From assembly GCA_043797085.1 (NCBI GenBank), contig JAZDQA010000004.1, positions 96,001 to 160,000 of the forward strand: DNA of 64,000 nucleotides, written 5' to 3'. Below are positions 28,606-39,909 of this stretch, piece by piece. The translations under genes and the position numbers were made by a program. Below the pieces are notes generated by a model, which searched no databases, was not told where the DNA came from, and saw only the letters and a program-made list of their open reading frames with translations. The stretch comes from Pseudomonadota bacterium. GTDB taxonomy: Bacteria; Campylobacterota; Campylobacteria; Campylobacterales; Sulfurimonadaceae. Each line of letters opens with the position of its first letter. Within the stretch, counting starts at the first letter, position 1.

Positions 28606-30371
28606 TTATTTGGTTAAATTCATATAGATTTCGGGTAAAACTTTTGGGAGTTTTTTGGCATCACGGATCACGGCGTATGAGTTTCTACCGAAAAGATAGG
28701 GGAGGTACTCTTTCGCATCGATATCGATCGTGATACAAAACGGAGTGATTCCCTTTTTCTTTACTTCTTCAATCGCTTTTTTCGTATCTTCGATCCCATA
28801 GCGCCCATCGTAGCGATCGACATCATTGGGTTTCCCGTCACTTAGAATCAGCAGGAGCTTATTGGCGCTTTGTTGTTTTTCTAAAATCTTGGCACTTTCG
28901 CGTATTCCAGCCCCCATGCGGGTGTAATACCCAGGTTTGATGGCATGAATACGTCCTCGAACGTTGTCACTGTAGGCTTCTTTAAAATTTTTGATGATGT
29001 GAAAGTTGACTTTGGTATTTTTGATCGATGAAAAGGTATAGATGGCAAATCGATCTTGAAGACGGTGCAGGGATTCGGAAAATACCATCAATGCATCTTG
29101 GATCATGTCGATGACACGTATCTCTTGCGTGATCCCAGCCTCCGTAGAGAGGGAAACATCCGCTAAAATCAATGTTGACATATCGCGCATCTTTCGCTCA
29201 AAGGTTTGAAAAAATCGCTGTGGATGGTTTGAACGATTTTGATGCCCTTTGTAATCGATCCACGACTCGATATTGATCTCATCGCCATAGGGGAGATTGT
29301 CTCTTTTGATCCGATCCAGTTCCATCAAATCAAGTTCACTTTGAATACGGCGCATCATTTTTTGCAGTCGTTTGGGTAATTCGATGGGCTGTGTGTGGAG
29401 CGAAATAATGGGTTTTATACAGACATAGTTTTTGAGATAGACCTCTTTTTTATAGTCCCACTCATCGATAAAATGCCCTTTGCCCAGAGGATATTCTTCA
29501 ACACTGTTAGCCGAAATATCCAAATCCATTTTGATTCGTGCAGAGAGATTAGCATCTTTTTGACCCAGCGTTATCTCTTCTAAATCTTCGGCATTGTAAA
29601 GAGCATCTTCATCAAAACTGTCATTTTCCTGCCGATCAACTCGCACTTGTTCCATCAGACTCATTATCGATTCAGGTAAAAAGAGCAGAAGTCCATCGGT
29701 CTCTTTTTTATCCTCGATTTGTTCGGTTTTTTTCTTCATCTGCAAGGTTTCACTCGTCCGAGGCTCGTCATTTTGTCGGAGAACTTCTTCTTCATCACCG
29801 CTATCTAGGAGTTTATTCGAAGTAGAGAGTGAGGGGTAAATCCATAATAGATTGGGATAATTATCTGCTGATGAGCCTTCGATGGAAGGTTCAATTGTGG
29901 ATAATTCAGGATAGTGTTCGCGTAAATAGTGATGTGCATACGTATAAAATTCATGAAATCCAATATACTTTTCGATGAGACCATTGAGTGCATTGGTATT
30001 TTCTTCAGTCCTGTTTTTACGTTTGATATTCACGTTTGCAAGCATGGCGATCAACCAATAATAGTGCATCTCATTGTGCGCTTTCAGGGGAAAATACGCC
30101 AAAGTTGCAGGAAGGTAAATTCCTTTCTCATCTTGCCATGCAAGGAAAAAAGTTTTACCGGTTCCTGAAAATTTTTCGAGCAGTGTTCGTGAGGTTTTAA
30201 TCGATCGTTTGTCGGTAACATGAAGTTCTTTACCCTTTTCACCTCCTAGGAGGTGATAAAAGATTTTTAACCCTTTGGCAATGTCCGTAAAAACAACCTC
30301 TTCTTCTTTAAAAAGACGAGATGCTTTTTTCGTGACATAATGATCCCAAAATTTACCGACTTTTTCATCCA

Positions 30372-30372
<1 letters not shown>
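28606..30372 (-). CDS. norD: NO reductase activation protein (VWA)
   Basis: EWDY, DVSLST MIDAS, YYTRMG, SDGKPND. Confidence 0.93.
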
Positions 30373-31763
<1,391 letters not shown>

Positions 31764-32210
31764 TTATCCTTTGATATTTGGCGGCCACTCTTGATTGTTG
31801 ACACGAGATGTCCAAATCAAAAAGTCTGCAAGATTAGTCACTTGTTCAGGTGTTAAATGAAACTGAGGCATTTTTCTTCTATGTGGTATATCCATCGGCT
31901 GTGCCGCCATCCATCCGGCAAGATAAGTTTTGAATACTTCTTCATCGCCTCCGCCTAAACGTTGGAATGCGTTTCCAAGTTCCGGAGCATAATAAGCACC
32001 TTCACCCATAATCGTATGACAACCAACACAATTGTTGTTTTCCCATACTTTTTTTCCAAGAGTAACAGATGCAGTAATCTTGTCATCATGACTTAATTTC
32101 GGGATTTGCTTAACGGTATCAAAGGTAAGCCCGGTAAATACCAAAATGGCAAAAAGACCTCCGCCAAAGTAAATATTTCTGGCCATATTTTTAGTAATAC
32201 GTTCAGACAT
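31764..32210 (-). CDS. norC: Nitric oxide reductase cytochrome c subunit
   Basis: ARNIYFGG TM, CVGCHTIMGEGAYYAPEL, MPQF, WPPN. Confidence 0.96.
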   Translation of the reverse strand: MSERITKNMARNIYFGGGLFAILVFTGLTFDTVKQIPKLSHDDKITASVTLGKKVWENNNCVGCHTIMGEGAYYAPELGNAFQRLGGGDEEVFKTYLAGWMAAQPMDIPHRRKMPQFHLTPEQVTNLADFLIWTSRVNNQEWPPNIKG

Positions 32211-32221
32211 TTTAACTCCTA

Positions 32222-32295
32222 TTTTTAATTCCACCATAGGGTAGTAATTGTAATATTAGCGGAATAGTTTTTAATTCTACCTTTAAGTAGTAATT
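32222..32295. promoter_or_regulatory. Two copies of a 28-bp pseudo-palindromic operator over the norC promoter
   Basis: 32222-32249 and 32268-32295 are 23/28 identical; minus-strand TACAAT at 32247-32252. Confidence 0.7.
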
Positions 32296-32409
32296 AAATG
32301 AACGGTTGTTTATAGGAAAGCTATTAAAAGGGATTAAAAACTCAATAGTGTGAAGAAAATAGTGGGGATTTATATTCGTTATGTCAGTTTTAAGGAAAAA
32401 AAGGTGAGT

Positions 32410-32434
32410 AAAATCCCTCGGAAGAAGGAGGGAT
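32410..32434 (-). terminator. Intrinsic terminator after nirS
   Basis: ATCCCTC-N8-GAGGGAT followed by TTT on the minus strand. Confidence 0.65.
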
Positions 32435-32466
32435 AGTAATAATAATTTTTTTATATTTTCTATACG

Positions 32467-34107
32467 TTACGCACCTGGAAGATCCATGCGGTGCTCAATA
32501 GAATAAGTAAATGTTGGTGTTGTTAGCCCAGTAATTTGGGTAATGTATTCACCTGTTTTTGCGTCAAATACTAATATTCGTCCACATGTCCAATCCGAAA
32601 CATACGTATGCTCCCCATGAGCAGCAGGTTCTCCATGCAGTAATCGAGGGACAATAAGTTCGCCTTTTTCATTTTTTACGGCACCAATATTCCATTCTTT
32701 TATCACTTTGAGATTGTTCGGATCGATGAGCTGCACTTTGCCCTCTTTAGTCGCTTGGATAATGCGTCCGACCATCAACGTTTCTTTGTTGACTAGATGG
32801 ATTTTATTATAATTGTCTTCTCCGCCGATAACGTTGTCCGCCCAAAGAAAAGGTGTATGTTCATTGGTTCCGATAAATAGTCCGCCGCCGGCTGTTTTGG
32901 TGTGTTTTAATACATGCCATTGGTTGTCCCAAACGGTTACATCGCCTACATTCATGTTGACCGTTGCATGAAGCTGTTTACCTAATTTTTCATTGTACCA
33001 GCTTGAACCTTGTCCAGGATGCGGCTTGCTTCCCGGTCCGGTATAGACTTTATCTGTTAATGTTTTGGTTTTAAAGTCTACTATCCCCATGACATCACTT
33101 CCTTGAGAAGCTATCATGTAGTAGCGTCCTACCTCTTCTCCCTCATTCAAGAAGGCATCGTGTAAGATTTTACCGATTTTAGGAATATCTCCGACGATAG
33201 GGAAATCAGGCTTACTGTAATCGACGATATAGACGTGTCCTGCATCTTTAAGTGCAAATGCAATATATGGACCGTATGGAGTGTCGGCGATCGATGCAAC
33301 ACGAGAGGAGCCGATTTTGCCATCCATGTCTTCGACTTGATCGGTCGCATAGACTTTCAACGGTTTAAGTGTCATAGCATCCAAAAGTACGGCACCGCCT
33401 GGAACATAGTTACCCGCCATGAGATAGCGACCATCGGGCGTACAAGCAAGTCCGCGACTGTCGCTGCCGACACGGATTTTAGCGATCATTGGTTGTCCTG
33501 GGGCATTTAGATCAAACATATTGACCCATCCGTCACGACTGATGTTATACACGTAGCGAGGGATACGTTTATTGACTACGGTTACGTGAGTCGCGAAACC
33601 TGAGCTGTGTTTGGAGAGGACTTTGTTTGTTGTACCGTCAATAAATCCTACTTTTGAGGCATCCCGCTCGGTAAAGACCACGATATCCTGTACGCTTTTT
33701 ACGTCCGTTGGTTTCGGATATTTTTTGTACAATTCTTCACGGTCTTGGAGGATTTGATGTGTAGCAACAACATCTTCCATGGTGAGTTTCGTTAACTGTT
33801 TTGCTTCATATTTTAAGAGATATTGCACCATTTTATCTGCATCATCACTGGTGAACGTACTCTTAAAATCAGGCATTGCAGTACCGGCTCTTCCGTTAAG
33901 TATCGTATCTCTCAGAAAATAATCTCCTTTTTTACCAATGGCTTTTGGGTCAAGAGAACTTCCTACACCACCTTCGTGATTGGGGCCATGACACCCTTGA
34001 CACTCTTTGTCAAACATTTTTGCGACGTCCATTTTCGAATCGCCAGCCATTAGTGGAAGGGTTATAAAAAGAGCGCTCGCCAGGGTTGCTCCAAGAATCT
34101 TTTTCAT
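32467..34107 (-). CDS. nirS: Cytochrome cd1 nitrite reductase
   Basis: Signal peptide, CQGCHG...GTAMP c domain; d1 propeller with ATH, LHD and KPHPG histidines. Confidence 0.9.
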   Translation of the reverse strand: MKKILGATLASALFITLPLMAGDSKMDVAKMFDKECQGCHGPNHEGGVGSSLDPKAIGKKGDYFLRDTILNGRAGTAMPDFKSTFTSDDADKMVQYLLKYEAKQLTKLTMEDVVATHQILQDREELYKKYPKPTDVKSVQDIVVFTERDASKVGFIDGTTNKVLSKHSSGFATHVTVVNKRIPRYVYNISRDGWVNMFDLNAPGQPMIAKIRVGSDSRGLACTPDGRYLMAGNYVPGGAVLLDAMTLKPLKVYATDQVEDMDGKIGSSRVASIADTPYGPYIAFALKDAGHVYIVDYSKPDFPIVGDIPKIGKILHDAFLNEGEEVGRYYMIASQGSDVMGIVDFKTKTLTDKVYTGPGSKPHPGQGSSWYNEKLGKQLHATVNMNVGDVTVWDNQWHVLKHTKTAGGGLFIGTNEHTPFLWADNVIGGEDNYNKIHLVNKETLMVGRIIQATKEGKVQLIDPNNLKVIKEWNIGAVKNEKGELIVPRLLHGEPAAHGEHTYVSDWTCGRILVFDAKTGEYITQITGLTTPTFTYSIEHRMDLPGA

Positions 34108-34207
34108 TCGTTACTCCTTGCATTTGTAAAATATGGATAGGGCATAGTTCGTAAAGCTTTATGGATCCTACTTGAGTTAGTGTACTTGAAAAGGGGAGGC
34201 AGCTTCA

Positions 34208-34221
34208 TTGATATAAATCAA
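34208..34221 (-). promoter_or_regulatory. Fnr/Dnr-type box for nirS
   Basis: TTGATATAAATCAA, 23 bp from TACACT (34179-34184). Confidence 0.82.
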
Positions 34222-34235
34222 ATTTTTTAAAGTTT

Positions 34236-34877
34236 TTAAGAAAAAAGTTCTTTTAGTCCCTCTCGATTCAAGATGGTGAAATTTTTCCCCTCATCACTGA
34301 TGAGTCCGAGAATCTTGATTTTTTTGAAAGAGCGTGAGAGTGTTTCGGGGGTAAGTCCTAAAATCGTTGCAATCTTATGTCTCTTGGTTGAATCGGAAAT
34401 ATCTCCATTTTCATATAAGAATTTAGCCACACGGGAGGTTGCATCCAGTGCTAACCGTGTGGTAATAATATCTTCGAGGTATTTGAGCTTTTGAGTCAGC
34501 GATTTTATCAATTCAAAGGATACGGTAGGATTTTTTAGAAAATCACGCTCAAAAATAGGATAATCGATTTCCAAAATACTTCCATCCGTTTGAAATTCTG
34601 CGGTTGCCGGGAATGGAATATGGTGAAGATTGGCCATTTCTGCTACTAACGAAACGGGATAAAAATAGTGCAGTACGATTTCGTTTTCTTTCATATCTGT
34701 TTTGTAGCCTTTGAGGACACCGTCTAGTAATATATAAAGTTTATCCGAATGAGTCCCCTCATAAAAGAGGATCTCACCATTATTAAAGGATCGTAGTTTT
34801 ACGATAGAGGCTAAATGAATTAAATCTGTTTCGCTCAGATGTGAAAAAAGAAAAATACTTTTTAATCGGTTCACCAT
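34236..34877 (-). CDS. Crp/Fnr family regulator (Dnr/NssR-like, no Fnr cysteines)
   Basis: LFYEG, AEMANL..IPFPATA, recognition helix TPETLSR; ATG overlaps the TonB receptor stop (TAATG). Confidence 0.92.
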   Translation of the reverse strand: MVNRLKSIFLFSHLSETDLIHLASIVKLRSFNNGEILFYEGTHSDKLYILLDGVLKGYKTDMKENEIVLHYFYPVSLVAEMANLHHIPFPATAEFQTDGSILEIDYPIFERDFLKNPTVSFELIKSLTQKLKYLEDIITTRLALDATSRVAKFLYENGDISDSTKRHKIATILGLTPETLSRSFKKIKILGLISDEGKNFTILNREGLKELFS

Positions 34878-37060
34878 TAAAGTTTCAAATTGGTTTGTAG
34901 ATACCATGATCGTCCTTCTGCTTTTTCATAACTGTAATACTCTTTGTTCATAAGATTGCTAATCGCAAGATTGATATCAATGTTTTTGTTGATTCTGTAT
35001 CCGATCTTCGTATTGACGATTCCGGCAGCATCCAAGGAGCCGTAGACATTAGAGACACTATCGCTATTATCGGAATTATTGTAAATTTTGGATTGATAGG
35101 CATAGTTAATCAGACCATAAAATTGATGATTATCATAGGTGAGAGTTGCATTGGCCATATCTCTTGGAATGCCGGTGAACTGTTTATCAACGGATGCTGG
35201 ATCGCTCTCATTTTCTAAAACTTTTGTATAGGATTTCGTATAATTGGTGTTGAGGGTAAAATCATAGTCAAGCGGCTGAATGTACGATAATTCATACCCC
35301 TGAGAGCGTGCTTTTCCAACGTTTGTTCTTTCATAATAACTTTTTCCGGCAATGATAACAGGCGTTTTAGTGGAGATCATATCTTCGATTGTGGTATGAA
35401 ACCAATACGCTTTAAAAAGACCGTTTAAGACTGTTTTTTTCTCTATCCCCACATCATACGATTCGCTGTACTCCGGTTTTAGATTCGGATTCGACACATA
35501 AACTCTATTTAATGCTGCAATTTCATACGTTCGATAAAGATTGACCGGATCAGGAGCTCTGAAAGCTTGCCCCCAGGATGCTTTGATCATCGTGTCGTCT
35601 GTTGCTTTATAGTTGAGAGATATTTTTGGGGAAAAATTATTTTTGTGTTGGGTAGAATAGGTTTGATTGAGCGTTGTATTGGACATATTGATATCAGAAA
35701 CATATCCATCATAGCTGGTCCATGTTTCGAATCGGGCCCCGATATTGGCTGATAGACTATCGGTTAGTTTACTTTGCAGCTCTGCAAAAGCCGCTAATAT
35801 TTGCTCTTTCCCACCTGAGCTCGCGGTCCTATTTGTTTTGGTGTCTTCATTTTTCCAATCGCTCATATTGAAGGTATCGGAAACGGATACATTATTTTTA
35901 TATTCACTTCCCAGTAAAAGAAGAGAACTTCCGATAGGTTTTTGCCACGTTGCATGGAGCATAGCGTTTTTGACATCTCTTGGGGTAAAAGTACCAACTC
36001 CGCCTGTGCGTGTCGCCGATGTACCTGCAGTGGTATACCAATCTTCTACAGACAAGTATGAATAGCGGATATCCAACTCGGAATCCGAAAAAGTATGTCC
36101 GTAATCAAGGATAGTGAGATCACTGTTCAGCTCACTGGAACCTTGTAAAAATTTAGATTCTTTTAGTCCTGCATAGGTATAGACAGTATTTCCAGAAGCA
36201 TTACTAATAAATGATTCAGGATCATTGTAGTGCACATCATAATGGGATTTTCGATACGAAGCACTCAGGGTGTCTTTGGCCGTTGGTGTATAGAGCAGTT
36301 TGGTTGAAAGATCATATTTGTGAACACCACGATCACCTGCATTTCCGACAATATATTGTGTCCCTCCGGTGGGAGAAGGCTCCGTGATGTATCCGCTAAT
36401 CGTACCGGGAGGCTTTGTGGTAATGGCAACAAAATCGGATTTATATCCATCAGTACTTAACGCGCCATAGCTGACTTTGAATTTTAAAGTATCAATGATC
36501 TTATCCGCAGCCGATACATAGACCTTGGTCAAATTAGCCTGCGCTTCACCGTCATTAAATGCATCTCCGTACCCGATAGAGGCTTTGTACTCAGGCTCAT
36601 TTGGCATTTTGGTAATATAATTGATGACACCGCCTATAGCACTGCTGCCATAAAGGCTCGAAAATGGTCCCCGAATCACTTCAACCCGTTCTAAATCTTC
36701 AGGCTGAATAGAATAGGGCATCGAAGCCGTACTCGTATAGCTGGTATTCATTGGAATTCCATCGAGTAGTATCATCGTACGTGATTGATCCGGAATCCCT
36801 CGAAGCACAACCGTAGGATTGACATCTGATAATCCCCTATGTTGAATAACTGTAACTCCCTCAAGTGTTTTTACAGTCTCTTTTAGATTGGCTCTTGGTA
36901 ACATTCCAATAGCTTCTTGTGTAACAACACTGACGCTTCCGGGAGCATCTTCGAGAGTTGTTTCTGTCTTGGTTGCGGTAACAATGATAGGATCTAAGGA
37001 AACTCCATCCGCAATTAAATAGGTTGTGACGACCAAAAAAAGTAGTATCTTTTTTTTCAT
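34877..37060 (-). CDS. TonB-dependent outer-membrane receptor
   Basis: Signal peptide, DPIIVTAT TonB box, plug (RG...ILLDG, IEVIRGP-like motif, SSLYGSSAIGGVIN), NPNLKPE, NL.NKEY. Confidence 0.95.
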   Translation of the reverse strand: MKKKILLFLVVTTYLIADGVSLDPIIVTATKTETTLEDAPGSVSVVTQEAIGMLPRANLKETVKTLEGVTVIQHRGLSDVNPTVVLRGIPDQSRTMILLDGIPMNTSYTSTASMPYSIQPEDLERVEVIRGPFSSLYGSSAIGGVINYITKMPNEPEYKASIGYGDAFNDGEAQANLTKVYVSAADKIIDTLKFKVSYGALSTDGYKSDFVAITTKPPGTISGYITEPSPTGGTQYIVGNAGDRGVHKYDLSTKLLYTPTAKDTLSASYRKSHYDVHYNDPESFISNASGNTVYTYAGLKESKFLQGSSELNSDLTILDYGHTFSDSELDIRYSYLSVEDWYTTAGTSATRTGGVGTFTPRDVKNAMLHATWQKPIGSSLLLLGSEYKNNVSVSDTFNMSDWKNEDTKTNRTASSGGKEQILAAFAELQSKLTDSLSANIGARFETWTSYDGYVSDINMSNTTLNQTYSTQHKNNFSPKISLNYKATDDTMIKASWGQAFRAPDPVNLYRTYEIAALNRVYVSNPNLKPEYSESYDVGIEKKTVLNGLFKAYWFHTTIEDMISTKTPVIIAGKSYYERTNVGKARSQGYELSYIQPLDYDFTLNTNYTKSYTKVLENESDPASVDKQFTGIPRDMANATLTYDNHQFYGLINYAYQSKIYNNSDNSDSVSNVYGSLDAAGIVNTKIGYRINKNIDINLAISNLMNKEYYSYEKAEGRSWYLQTNLKL

Positions 37061-37181
37061 ATTAACTCCTATTTCAGGGATTTTTTAATCTATACTACTC
37101 AAATTAAGCCTTTAGGAGCGGAAAGAGGAAATTAGTTACGTAAAGAATAGGTAATTGTAAAGAGTTTGAAGAATAAAGTCT

Positions 37182-37195
37182 TTGATATAAGTCAA
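37182..37195 (-). promoter_or_regulatory. Fnr/Dnr-type box for the TonB receptor-regulator operon
   Basis: TTGATATAAGTCAA, 22 bp from TACAAT (37154-37159). Confidence 0.82.
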
Positions 37196-37396
37196 TTGCG
37201 AAAAGTTACGATCGTCCTTTTGAATAAAAGGCAAAATCTTAGGGGTGATACCGCCACCCACCTATTCAAGATAATATATATTATGTTAATCAATAAAATA
37301 CTTTTCCTCCATATGATATGTTTTATAAACAAAATCATTAAAAAATCATTCGTGAAATATAAAATGTCTCCGTACAAAAATACCAAGGAGTCTATT

Positions 37397-37816
37397 ATGT
37401 TAATTGCAAAATACAGCCCTCTAGCTGATTATATGAAGTTTAATTCACTTTTAAGTGAATTTGATAATAAAGAGTCTACTTTAAGTGGATTTAAACCTGT
37501 AGTAAATACGCGTGAAGGCGAATTTGCTTACCATGTAGATGCTGATCTGCCCGGTGTAAAAAAAGAAGATATAAAAGTCAATGTTAACGGCAATATGATC
37601 ACAATTTCAGGTGAACGACATGATAAAAATGAGACGGATGAGAAAGGTTATCACCGTATTGAGACTTCTTTTGGAAAATTTGAACGCAGTTTTACCCTTC
37701 CAGAAGGTGTTGATGTTGAAAACATTACGGCATCCAACAAAGATGGAGTATTGGAAGTAATCATTCCAAAACTCAAAAGTGAGACTGAGAAAGTCAAAAA
37801 AATTGAAGTAAAATAG
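37397..37816 (+). CDS. Hsp20/alpha-crystallin small heat shock protein
   Basis: ADLPGVKKEDI, ISGER, FGKFERSFTLP, DGVLEV; start ATG 37397 after AAGGAG. Confidence 0.95.
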   Translation: MLIAKYSPLADYMKFNSLLSEFDNKESTLSGFKPVVNTREGEFAYHVDADLPGVKKEDIKVNVNGNMITISGERHDKNETDEKGYHRIETSFGKFERSFTLPEGVDVENITASNKDGVLEVIIPKLKSETEKVKKIEVK

Positions 37817-37962
37817 ACGTTATCGTGGAATTTTCTCGTGTTAGAGTATGAGACTATTCCGCAACAACTGATGTTACACATTTAGTAATTTTTTGAACAT
37901 TCAACTCTAACATAAGGAATAATGTATTTTATTTTTCAAAAAGTTACAAAGGAGTTATTGAT

Positions 37963-39441
37963 ATGAAAACAATCGTTATCCCTGAAAAAAACGATTTTGT
38001 AACTTTTGAAAGTAACGTTAGAGCATGGTTAAATAATGCAACTGATGACGTATCAGCAGTAAATAATGATCTTAACTCTGCTAATAAATACAAAAACTGC
38101 CTCTTTGAAAATGGTACGGTTATCGGTCGTACCAATGTTGATCTCACGTGTGAAATGGTCACAAAATTAGCCGAATCTTTTGGTTCGATTCTTCCTGTAG
38201 GATCTACTGTCTATGTTTCACGAGATTATCATAAAAGTTCAAGGATGTTGAAGCGTGCTTTTTTAGGCGGTTTGCTTTCGACTGGGATTAATGTCTTTGA
38301 TTTAAAACTCACCTCCCCTGCTGTTATGTGCTTTAGTTTGGCGAAAAACGATCACATCGTTTCCGGAGTGCATTTTGAGCAATCCTTTGAGTGCCAGTGC
38401 AGTACTCAAATCGATTTTTTTACGGACGAAGGTCTCAAGATCGATACCGGCAAAGAAAAAGCAATAGAGCGTATTTTTTTTAGAGAAAATTTTTTAAGAG
38501 TAAACTATACGGATATCGGTGAAATATACGAAAACGGCTATCTTGACAATAGCTATATCAGCCATTTTCTCGAAAGTCTCGACATCTTAGCCATCAAACA
38601 AAAAAAATTTCATCTTGCCATTGATTTGTTGCATGGAACAGCATCCTCCATTTTCCCAGCTATTTTACATGAACTGGACGTTGATTCAGTGATACTAAAT
38701 GCCTATCATAATGATAAAAAACTGACCGAACTTCCCAATCAGCTCCTAAAATCCAAACGAGAACTGTCTAAGATCATTATCGGTATGAAATTGAACTTGG
38801 GTCTTATAATATACCCGGATTTCAAAACACTTGATATTGTTTGTAATACTGGAATTATTTTGGAGCGTTACATTGCTTTATTCGTTTTTTTGGAGCTCTT
38901 AAATCGTGACGGTCATAAAAAAAGAGTTTTATTGCCTACATGGGCTCCTGACTTTATGGATCATCGTTTTCAAAATATAAGCATTGACCGCTTAAAAATC
39001 AGCAATCTAAAAGGAGCTGAACTGCAACAATACGATTTCATCGCAACAACGGAAGCTAACTATTTATTTAGTGAGTTTAGCTTTCATTTTGATTCGCTTT
39101 TTTCCAGTATGAAACTAATCGAGATGCTCAGCCGTGAGAGTGCATTTATCAGTGATATTGCAATGAGTTTCGAACCTTTCTATTATTTTGAAACCAAAAT
39201 AGCATGCGAGAACAGGCTAAAAGGTAAGATGATGCGTAAGTTGTTGGAAGACAGTCTGGATAAAAAAAATACCAATGGTGACGGAATCAAAATATGCATG
39301 AATGAAAAAGATTGGATTGTGATCATTCCCGATCAAAACAGTGACACCCTCCGTTTCTATATCCAAGCGTCAACAACAAAAGCCGGTGAAAAAATTCTCA
39401 AAGAATATACGAAAAAAATCAAACATTGGCTAGACGAATAA
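37963..39441 (+). CDS. Phosphohexomutase (PMM/PGM)-fold protein with degenerate active site
   Basis: VSRDY..SSRMLK.A..GLLSTG domain I, DLLHG, DGIKI domain IV; no SHNP or DxDxDR motif. Confidence 0.75.
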   Translation: MKTIVIPEKNDFVTFESNVRAWLNNATDDVSAVNNDLNSANKYKNCLFENGTVIGRTNVDLTCEMVTKLAESFGSILPVGSTVYVSRDYHKSSRMLKRAFLGGLLSTGINVFDLKLTSPAVMCFSLAKNDHIVSGVHFEQSFECQCSTQIDFFTDEGLKIDTGKEKAIERIFFRENFLRVNYTDIGEIYENGYLDNSYISHFLESLDILAIKQKKFHLAIDLLHGTASSIFPAILHELDVDSVILNAYHNDKKLTELPNQLLKSKRELSKIIIGMKLNLGLIIYPDFKTLDIVCNTGIILERYIALFVFLELLNRDGHKKRVLLPTWAPDFMDHRFQNISIDRLKISNLKGAELQQYDFIATTEANYLFSEFSFHFDSLFSSMKLIEMLSRESAFISDIAMSFEPFYYFETKIACENRLKGKMMRKLLEDSLDKKNTNGDGIKICMNEKDWIVIIPDQNSDTLRFYIQASTTKAGEKILKEYTKKIKHWLDE

Positions 39442-39537
39442 GCCTGTGTTCCTAATTATATCGGAGCTCAATTACGTATTATTTCTAAAACAGTGTACAA
39501 TCCTATTTTTACTCCATCAATCAAAGAAGGATAGTGT

Positions 39538-39906
39538 ATGCCATTTACTCCACAGCAGCGTCTAATAATCAAAGAATCGAGTGAAATTTATCGTCAGGAG
39601 ATAGAGCATATCAATGATTTAATTGATAAAGAGTCTGATAATGATCGATGTGACCAACTCTATTTACTTCGTGCGCTCTCTACTATTGAACATGGAAACC
39701 GTATCGGATTGTTCACGAATGAAGAGGGAAGTGAAGAGTTTTTTGAAGCAATGGCAAAGGAAGTAAACCTCTATTTCCCGCATAAAAATGATTCAGAGCT
39801 GTTTGATGATATCACTGTTTTAGAAGAATATGTGAAAAAAAGCTTCTTTGACAACCCTGCAAAAGAAAAAGATATTCTATTAAAGCTGTTAGGGATATCC
39901 CTATAG
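39538..39906 (+). CDS. Hypothetical protein
   Basis: 122-aa ORF with GAAGGA RBS and upstream TACAAT. Confidence 0.7.
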   Translation: MPFTPQQRLIIKESSEIYRQEIEHINDLIDKESDNDRCDQLYLLRALSTIEHGNRIGLFTNEEGSEEFFEAMAKEVNLYFPHKNDSELFDDITVLEEYVKKSFFDNPAKEKDILLKLLGISL

Positions 39907-39909
39907 CTT

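Noticed and set aside
37061..37150. Cobalamin riboswitch or Fur box ahead of the TonB receptor
   Set aside because: The leader is short and AT-rich with no B12-box or GATAATGAT-like motif recognised by eye; an Rfam scan was not run
37166..37396. ORF-track extension of Hsp20
   Set aside because: It runs through AT-rich promoter DNA including the Fnr-type box; a strong AAGGAG precedes ATG 37397
37839..37912. 9-bp inverted repeat TGTTAGAGT/ACTCTAACA as a possible CIRCE
   Set aside because: Sequence and 56-nt spacing do not match TTAGCACTC-N9-GAGTGCTAA, and it lies downstream of hsp20
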